A DNA stretch of 64,000 bases from the human T2T-CHM13v2.0 reference genome, Homo sapiens, in the NCBI RefSeq assembly GCF_009914755.1, contig NC_060926.1, one strand, 5' to 3'. A program made the position numbers and the translations under genes. The notes beneath the pieces were generated by a model. The model had not been told where the DNA came from. It searched no databases and worked only from the letters and a program-made list of their open reading frames with translations. Positions 55,626 through 64,000 of this stretch are shown here, one piece after another. Each line of letters opens with the position of its first letter. The first letter of the stretch is position 1.

Positions 55626-55720
55626 ATGATGACTGTAGTTAATAGCAATGTATTCTATACTTAAAATTTGCTGACAGAGTAAAATTTAAATGTTCTCATC
55701 ACAAAAAAAAGATAAATATG

Positions 55721-56088
55721 TGGTATGGTTTGGCTCTGTGTCCCCACCCAAATCTCATCTTGTAACTCCCATAATTCCCATGTGTTTTGGGAGGGACCCA
55801 GTGGGAGATGATTGAATCATGGGCATGGGTCTTTCCCATGCTTTTCTCATGATAGTGAATGAGTCTCACGAGATCTGATGGTTTTAAAACAGACGTTTCT
55901 CTGCACAAGCTCTCTCTCTTTGCCCTCCACCATCCATGTAAAATGTAACTTGTTCCAATTTGCCTTCCACTATGATTGTGAGTCCTCCCCAGCCATGTGG
56001 AACTGTTAAGTCCAATAAACCTGTTTCTTTTGTAAATTGCCCAGTCTAGAGTATGTCTTTAACAGCAGCATGAAAACTAACTAATATG
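55721..56088 (+). mobile_element. THE1A-like MaLR solo LTR
   Basis: tggtatggtttggctctgtgtccccacccaaatctc...aagtccaataaacc...tgtaaattgcccag; TSD atatg/gtatg. Confidence 0.9.
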
Positions 56089-56447
56089 GTATGTGAGGTA
56101 ATTAACATGCTAGCTAATTAATTTGATTTAGCCATTCCACAATGCATAAGTATTAAAAAAACACATTGTACACCATAAATATGCACAGTTCTGTCAATTA
56201 AAAAAATCAAAAGGCTGATAATTTACAATAGAACTAAAATTTTGAACTGTTCTAAAAATAACATTTTTTGTTTATTCTGTTTGGCAGATTGGCCTGGTCC
56301 CCTTATGCTAAGTACCAAGATTAGATGATTAAATTTAATATATGTGCCTATAGGCATAGTTCTGGATATAAACATGACCATCAGAAGTTTAAACCTAAAA
56401 GAACAACATTAGAACAATATTGGAAGAACAATAATGTAATAAGTAGG

Positions 56448-56800
56448 GGTTATGGACTGCATTGTGTTCGCTCAAAATTCATATGTTGAAACACTAACCC
56501 CCAATGTGATTGTATTTGGCTTTCTAAAGAGGTAATTAAGGTTAAATAATGTCATACAGGTGGGGGCCTAAGTCAACATGACTGAGACACCAAGGATGTG
56601 CTCACAGAGGAGGGGTCATGTGAGGACACAGCAAGAAGACAGCCAATCTGCAAGCCAGGAGAGAGGTTCAGGAGAAACCAGTCCTGCTGGCACCCTGATC
56701 TTGGACTTCTAGCTTCCAGAAATGTGAGAAAATAAATTTCCGTTCTTTAAGCCACCCAGTCTACGATATTTTGTTATGGCAACTCTGGTAAATGAATATA
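56448..56800 (+). mobile_element. MLT1A0-like MaLR solo LTR
   Basis: caaaattcatatgttgaaacactaacccccaatgtga...; 5-bp TSD GTAGG (56443-56447 and 56801-56805). Confidence 0.88.
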
Positions 56801-57469
56801 GTAGGTTAATATCAACTTGGAGTGCAGAAACAAACTTGGAACCTGGAGTCTTTCATTCTAGTACAGACTCAGGGAATATCTCTTTTCTCACCTTGAGCAA
56901 GTCTCACATTCTTATTAGTACAATTAAAAACAAACTTATCTGAGAGAACTCTGATATTTGCTCTTGTTCTCATATATTTTGTCCCATTATAATGACAATA
57001 ATAATAATAAGAGGTAACTTGCATTTGAGGTTCTCTATGCATCTGGCATTCTTCTATTAGTGCATTCTGGCACAAGGATGCTGAAACCATTGCAGGCTAT
57101 AGCTCTCCCAGGCATCCAAGGGCAAGACTGCAATACTATTCTTCATGGTGTTGCAAGCATGCAGAGGAGGATAGAATGCTATTGCATTGATTCTATCAAC
57201 TGCAACTCTGCAACGTCTGTTTACATTGTATTAGAATCTCTGAAAGATTACCAACAGATTTTATTTACATGATTTCATTTATTCCTTTCAACAAACATAC
57301 AGTGCCCTTACTCATCTACTCCTCAGAGCATTCCAAAAGATGAGTCTCAATATTGTTATTTCATGATTTTAAATTTCCTAAGGTCTCATGGATACACACA
57401 TACATACTCCCTCACATTGTATAAATATGCTTTTGTGTAATATATTTTGAAAAATAATCTGTACGCATT

Positions 57470-57690
57470 CATAATCGTAGCTAATATTTTATGTACTAGA
57501 AACTTTATTAAGCAATTTACATGCATTATCAGTTCTTTGAATCCTCCCCACAATACCATGAGGTAGGAGTGTCATCAACTTCATTTTACAGCAGGAGAAA
57601 CCAATCATTCACTCAAACAATTCGAGGGAAATTTTGCTGGCAAAAGAACAGGGACCTGAACCCAGAGCATCTATGCACTTTTACAGCATA
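57470..57690 (-). mobile_element. MIR
   Basis: ttgaatcctccccacaataccatgaggtagg...cattttacagcaggagaaac. Confidence 0.7.
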
Positions 57691-58689
57691 TATGCTTAAT
57701 AAATTATGCAATCCTGCTTCTTTGGAAAGCTACTGATTTCTGTACTGAACCACTTTAGGTTAATAAGTAGAAACAAGCCTTCAACAACAATAAAACTCAA
57801 CAAATTCCTTTCCAAAATTACCGCTTCCAAAAGAATGTTTACACAAGTTTTTTTTCAAATTGTGACAATTATCATTTAAGAATCTAAACTAAATTCACGT
57901 ATAGTTCTTTCTGTGTCTTCTACATATAAAGTCAAGGCCTCACTGCTATGATTTCCAACAAAACCTCAGGCTGACAGTTGTATTTAACACTTCATCTTCA
58001 TCCAAACAGTGTAAGCCCTGCTGGAACATTCAGTGAAACAAGGTCCAGAACTTGCCATGGAAAACAGAAATTATCCTTCTTTATCCAGCCAACTGAACAG
58101 GCAGGCAATATCATGTTAGAGGTGAAACTGGCACTGGATATTTTACCCCTGGAGTCAGAGTTGTCCGTCCTGGTCATGACTTCACCAGAAGAAGAATAAC
58201 GTCCCCAATATACAATGTGTCCTGTATTAGCCCACAAGCCATTGGAAAACATTATGATTCTTTGTGGCCTAGTTGAGAATAACAGGTAGCTTGAGCAAAT
58301 AAACTAGAATGCTCCAACCAGAATGCTGCATTTATTTTAAAGAGTTATAGAATTATTTTAAATCTACATAGGAATGTTTTAAATCTGCATAGTAAAAATT
58401 TCTAATTTACCTGAAAAAAATGATATTCCCTTAGCATCATTGCCCTAAACATTAAAGTAATACTTGCCTATTGTTTTAAAGATAAAATAACGTTAAGACT
58501 AATAAGGCATATAGTAGCATCTCACCACATCCCATTCTACTTCCCATTTGTACTCTACTGAGAAAATCATATACAGCATCTAGCTATTGCTTCCAAATAA
58601 CGTATTTATACTTCTAATATATTTTCTGTTTTTCAGTTTTTTATATTATGCAGGATTTTCTGTTGCTAATTCATTACCACCATTATCAC

Positions 58690-59092
58690 ACACATTTGGA
58701 GCCAAAACTATGTTTCCTGAGTCCTGTTTCCTATGTGGTCCAGGTTAGAAGTTGTCATCACATAAAACTTGGAAAATGTAAATGTACCAGAATATGGTAA
58801 ATGGGGGGAGGCAAGAGTGATTAGTTGTGTGTGCAGACATGAGCTTCATAGTGGCTTCCTGACATGCCTGTAGAAGGCACTCACTCCACTGCTTCAGAAG
58901 AGATTTTCACTGTCACCTTCTCCACCTTCCTGCAGCTGCTCGCCAACTTTTGGTAGCATCTTTACCAATGCTTGCTCTTTCCCACTCAACCCAGCTCTTC
59001 CAAAAGTACCACCATCTCCCAGTTCTATGTAAATATTTTTTGTTCAGAATTCAGAGCTTAGTTTGTTTCTTTGACCAAACCTAGACTGATAC
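58690..59092 (+). mobile_element. ERVL-class 5' LTR relic (LTR33/LTR16-like)
   Basis: Ends ttgtttctttgaccaaacctagactgataca and is followed directly by ERVL internal sequence; left boundary uncertain. Confidence 0.55.
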
Positions 59093-62000
59093 AGTTATTG
59101 ATACTGGAATTAATTCCAAAAATAGAGAGTTTTGAATATAAAAATCTAAATTTTGTTCTGTGATATGACTAGATATAAAGATAATACTGTCCTCTGTCCA
59201 GTGGCATATTAGTTCGTTCTCACACTGCTAATAAAGACATACTCAAGACTGGGTAATTTATAAAGGGAAGAGGTTTAATCGACTCACAGTTTCATATGAC
59301 TTGGGAGGCCTCAGGAAACTTATAATTATAGCAGAAGGGGAAGCAAACACTTCCTTCTTCACATAGTGGCAAGAGAGAGAAGTGCAAAGTGAAGTGGGGA
59401 AAGCTCCTTATAAAACCATCAGATCTTGTGAGAACTCACTCATTATCCTGAGAACAGCATGGGAGAACTGCCCTCATGATCTTATCACCTCCCATGAGGT
59501 CGCTCCCTCAACACATGGGGATAACAATTCAAGATGAGATTTGGTTGGGACACAGAGCCAGGCCACATCAAGTGGCAAATGGGAAATTCTATGGTCTTCA
59601 GGGGCTACTTACCAGTAGTCACCTGGAATAAAATGCCTAATTGAAGATACATCTTTGAAAAATCATATAGCCAACTCAATAGAATACTATAGTGGAAATA
59701 AGGAGTGTAAATACTATAAGGTTGGTTTATTACTTCTGAGTAAGCCAGTAAATGTGGAGTAAAAAAAAATGATATCAGGACCACAAATTTCCAGGTCAAC
59801 TTTCAGGTAAAAAAACAAAAAACATGGAACTTTTCTGTGACTATCCTAAATAAATTATTTATCTTCTCTAATGATAGGGTCAACGTTTCTGAAAACCAAG
59901 CTCAAAGTGTGATGCTACAGGTGAACAAATTAAATTCAAAATCTTGTGAAGCCCCTTATGATGAGGTTAAAGTTTTGATTAGGAAGGAGTAAAATTCTGA
60001 AAATTGGTATGGGGTATATGGGCAGATTCTGATGAAAATAAAAACTGTGAACACTCAAATCCACCATGCCATTTTTTAAATAGAAGTGGTACTTTCTCTC
60101 TTATTTGAGAGCATTCGCCTCTGCTTGTCTTAATGACTTGTATTAAACTCTTCTGAGGTAACTGAGTTATAAAGGGAATAATGATCCTTCTCAAGACCCA
60201 CTCTTATCACCTCTCATAGCTTCTAGACTTATAACAGACTCAAATCTCAGCAAGTCCCAGAAGGATAAGAACAATGCATAAGCTAGCTGAAGCCCCATAT
60301 GCATGAGAATAATTTTAAAATTTTGCCAATGTATGCTAGTACAAACCTGAATAATATATATGGGAATGAATTCTAGAGATAATAGACTATGGCAGAAAAT
60401 GTTAGGATATTGGATTGGGTTGAATTTATTGATGTAGTACACACTCCAAATATTCTGGATTCTGTGCCATAGCTTGAGTGGCAGAGAGTAGCTCTCATAA
60501 TTTTCTTGAAGACAACAGTGGCCTATGCCAAATAAAGTTGGAATGCAAGAAATCCCTTGGTATGCTCAGTCTAGAGGAAAGCATGTAATACTTTAGGACG
60601 GAATCTAAAGGATTAGAGAGATACAACATGTAGTAATATTATGTACCTACTCAGTCGTACTTTACCCAGGTACCCTAGAACATTCAGGGTATTACCCTTA
60701 CCAGAGTTTCAAAAAACACATTTTTGATGGAAGCATCAGAATCCATGAAAACTCTTCTAGTGGATGATATCTTTAAGCCAGGAATAAGAATGGGAGTTGC
60801 TACTATAAAAATGGGGTTTTTGAATCCCGTGAGGTTGATGGCATTTCAGAATGATGGCGTCTACGTGGTATAATTTAACACATAGAGACAAGGTGGACAT
60901 GGACAAAATTACTGTAATGGATAGCACAGCTAAAGCAATAATGGTTTGTCTCATGAGATTATTGGTTTTGTCCCCAGGACTGAAATATATGAACACTCTT
61001 TCAAAGTTTTACTTAACTTCTGCAAGTGAGGAAATTTAAGTTTTGTGAAGAGAAATCTGACTTGAATCATCACAAGAGGATCAAGACTCCCCAGTAAACT
61101 TCAAGACTTGATGCAGTTCACTGATTTAGAGCCAGTTGAATGGAAGGCTGAATTCTTTTAAAGAAATCTGATACAATGCCAACATTTTGCACTGTATATT
61201 TTCTTCTTAGTTTTCTCCAATGAGACCTTACGTGGGATCACTTACCAAAGCAGTAAATTGAAGAAAGGAAAATACTCGGATGTTGGGGGGATTACTAGAC
61301 ACCGTCTTTTAATTGACAATAATTCCTAGGAACTCAAACATGATTAAGGTTTACCAGACAGAGTAGGGGTTTACAAAAACCAGGTGATTAATGGGATTTG
61401 CCTTTGATCCATCTAACGATGGGTCTCTTGAGTTCCTAATCCACTGTGTGGTTATTTTAATAGTCTTGGAAATTACAGTTGGAAGAGACATAACCAGCAA
61501 CTGGCAGAATCCCCATGTTGTTCTCCTGACCCATAAAGTGAGGACTATTGTAGTAGGAAAAGCCAAGAGGAAGCCTCTAGAATTGCCACTGTGTGCCAAA
61601 ATAGTAAATCAGAATCAATACTGCCTTCCTGGGAGAATTGCAGAGATACCAGACACATCCTCATTCAATTACCCTATTCAGCCTATGTGGAAGAGAGACA
61701 GCTCTCAAAGAGTGACAATGGATTACTATAAATTTAATCAAGTGGCAACTTCAATTGTAGATCATGTTCTGTATGAGGTTCTTTGCTGGAAATAATACAG
61801 TCCCTCTGACCAGGCATGCAGCGAATAGTCTAATGAGTGTTTTTTCCTCTATAACTACTAGACAAACACAGAAATACTTATTCACTCTCCTACTTCAGGG
61901 ATATATGAAATGTACAGTCCTGTGTCATAATCTAGTCCAGAGACACTCTTATCATCCTGCATTCCACAAGATACTATGCTAGTCCATCATACTGGTGATA

Positions 62001-62460
62001 GCATGCTGATTGAATGTGGTGAAAAGGAAGTAGAAATATTCTGGCAAAATACATGCATACCAGAGAGTAGGAAATAAATCCAACAAAATTTCAGCAATCT
62101 GCTACTTCAGTGAAATTCCAGGAACTTGAGAGTTCTGAAGCACGTTGAGATCTATTCTCCAAAATTAAGGGCTAAATCTTGTATCTGATATCTTCTACCA
62201 CTAAGAAAGGCATATAATAGCTAGCAACCTATCTGAATACTGGAGGCAAGATATACTCACATAAATCGTGTATGAAACAAATAATTTACAAAGACCTCTG
62301 TTAGGCTTCCAGTTTAGAATGTTTGAGTGGGGCGCAGAGTAAAATACATCTCTGTAATGTGTACAGTGTACTGTGCAAGCTGCTCATTCACTTACACCAT
62401 ATGACCTAGCAGATGGAATAGTACTTGCAGTACATGTAGCAGGCAGGGATGCTACCCCAT
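59093..62460 (+). mobile_element. ERVL-type internal region with decayed gag-pro-pol
   Basis: Protease LLDT motif near 61290; RT-like SSFNYPIQPMWKRDSSQRVTMDYYKFNQV and YLFTLLLQGYMKCTVLCHNLVQR; the YIDD motif has decayed to HTGD near 61990; many stops and frameshifts. Confidence 0.87.
59205..59570 (-). mobile_element. THE1C/D-like MaLR solo LTR nested in the ERVL
   Basis: atattagttcgttctcacactgctaataaagacatac...gggacacagagccaggccacatca; TSD AGTGG (59200-59204 and 59571-59575). Confidence 0.92.
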
Positions 62461-62809
62461 TCTCTTTGACCAGTTGGGTAAATGCCTTTTGATTCCTTCA
62501 CTCTCTTTTCACTGAACTTTTCAGAGGGGAAAAGAAAAGTATGTCTTCAATCTGCCCTGTTTAAGCATAACACCCTATCATTTTACAGGAGAATTGATCT
62601 TATGGGAATTCAGGACTGAGATAAGTACCAAAATGTACTTCTTTATATTTACTTCTACAATTTCTATAACTCTCTAAAATCTAATTCATAGTCAATTATT
62701 GAATTAACCAGTGCCAGTTCTATGACCTACACTGCACGTGTGATAAGTACAATAGTTACACCTTTTCTAAATGGACTCTGCTAGTACACCCCTAATTTGG
62801 AGGACTTGA

Positions 62810-63030
62810 AAACTAGAAATTTGACTTCAGAAGACCTGAATATGAGGTCTGGTGTTTCCTTACTATAGGACTCTGGACAAAATCATTTCAACTCTCTGTG
62901 AACCTCAGGTTTATCTTATTTAAAGAGCAGGTGATAGTACTTGTTTTACAAAGCCAATATGATAATTAATATAAGATAATGCATATGAAACTTTCTGTAA
63001 GACCAGTCACTCAACAAGTAGAATTATAAA
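62810..63030 (+). mobile_element. MIR
   Basis: ggacaaaatcatttcaactctctgtgaacctcaggtttatc...gataatgcatatgaaa. Confidence 0.7.
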
Positions 63031-64000
63031 TAGGAAATGGCCAACATCACCTGGTAATGCAAGTAAAAGTTATCTTTATTGGCTTAGCTACACCTCCCGG
63101 GAACCATCTAATAAAGAATTGTCATTGTCATGTGCAAAGCCCTGTGTAAGTAAAATTAATCTTTTGGATGGGAACATCAGCAGAAACAAGAGATCCACCA
63201 ATTATCCCCTGGTGATGCAGAACATGGAACATAACAAAGGGTTTAACTCTTCTTGGCTTACAATTAACCTTACAGTTAAGAATGGTGTATAAGAAAAAGA
63301 GAGATTATTAGAAACCAAAATGAATAGGTCAGTAGGCTGTCAGCAAAAAGAAATCTTAATATTGAAAAATAAAGTATTACATATCTACAAAAAATTATCT
63401 CAGTTCTGATACTATACATAGGGAGACAGAAAATCACTGCCAACTTTGATATTACAGAAGAAGTTGTGAAAAAAAGCTTGTCAATATATTTTTAGAAAAT
63501 TTAAATTTTTTAAGTTTGAAAAATGAAATAGGACTAGTCCATTAAAATATATTGTTAGAAAAAAACAGCTGCTGACAATTTGATAAATTATTCATCCAAG
63601 AGTCTCACTAATGTAAAACAACTTCTCCCACATATGTTGACAGAGGAAGAACTATCTACCAAAAACGATGAAACAGAATAATTTTAGGACACTTCTGAAA
63701 TGATTAGAAAATCCATTTGTCTTCTAAGTCTCTGCTCTTAATTTTAAACTAAAATTATTGGTCATTTATGCCAAAAATTTGATGCAACGTTTAAAAAATA
63801 CTTATGGTACACAAAATGCTATTTTGGCAACATAGCAGAATTCAACATAGTCTTTTGTAATAGAAACGGAAAATTTGGGAAAAGAAAACAGCAGAATGTG
63901 ACTATGATATTGCCTTAACTAACATTTTGGTTGAAAGAAAAAGAGAGACTTGATGGACACAGAGATGCACAACCCAGATCTGCTACAGGGAAGGACCCCT

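Noticed and set aside
55984-55996. PRDM9 hotspot motif in THE1A
   Set aside because: The sequence is CCTCCCCAGCCAT, the non-hotspot variant; it lacks the T of CCTCCCT and the final C of CCNCCNTNNCCNC.
57978-58252. Two opposing ORFs in unique sequence as a possible exon or pseudogene
   Set aside because: No recognisable homology, no convincing splice pair, and no poly(A) or TSD.

Overview
Primate, almost certainly human, non-coding DNA. The evidence is a young AluYa-lineage element, an L1PA2-type 3' end and THE1/MST LTRs. No protein-coding gene, RNA gene or CRISPR system is supported. The ORF track is explained by Alu, L1, LTR and tandem-repeat artefacts plus ERVL gag/pol relics near the right end. 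The window is a mosaic of Alu, L1PA/MA/MB/ME, L2, MIR, MaLR/ERV1/ERVL LTRs and MER DNA transposons, many with visible target-site duplications (TSDs). The most unusual structure is a ~4.4 kb degenerate tandem array of a ~34-bp unit (39.3-43.7 kb). It has a conserved TGTTGCCTCTTGATGG(C/T)ACA core, resembles the CTCF motif on the minus strand, and is split by a THE1D LTR, so it is ancient. Other points: a 51-bp near-perfect MIR-derived hairpin (27.75-27.88 kb), a palindromic AT-rich minisatellite, several short local duplications, a probably polymorphic AluYa, and a nested L1 cluster with a twin-priming inversion. Subfamily names come from recalled consensus sequences and need RepeatMasker/Dfam confirmation. 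Boundaries of old elements are approximate.
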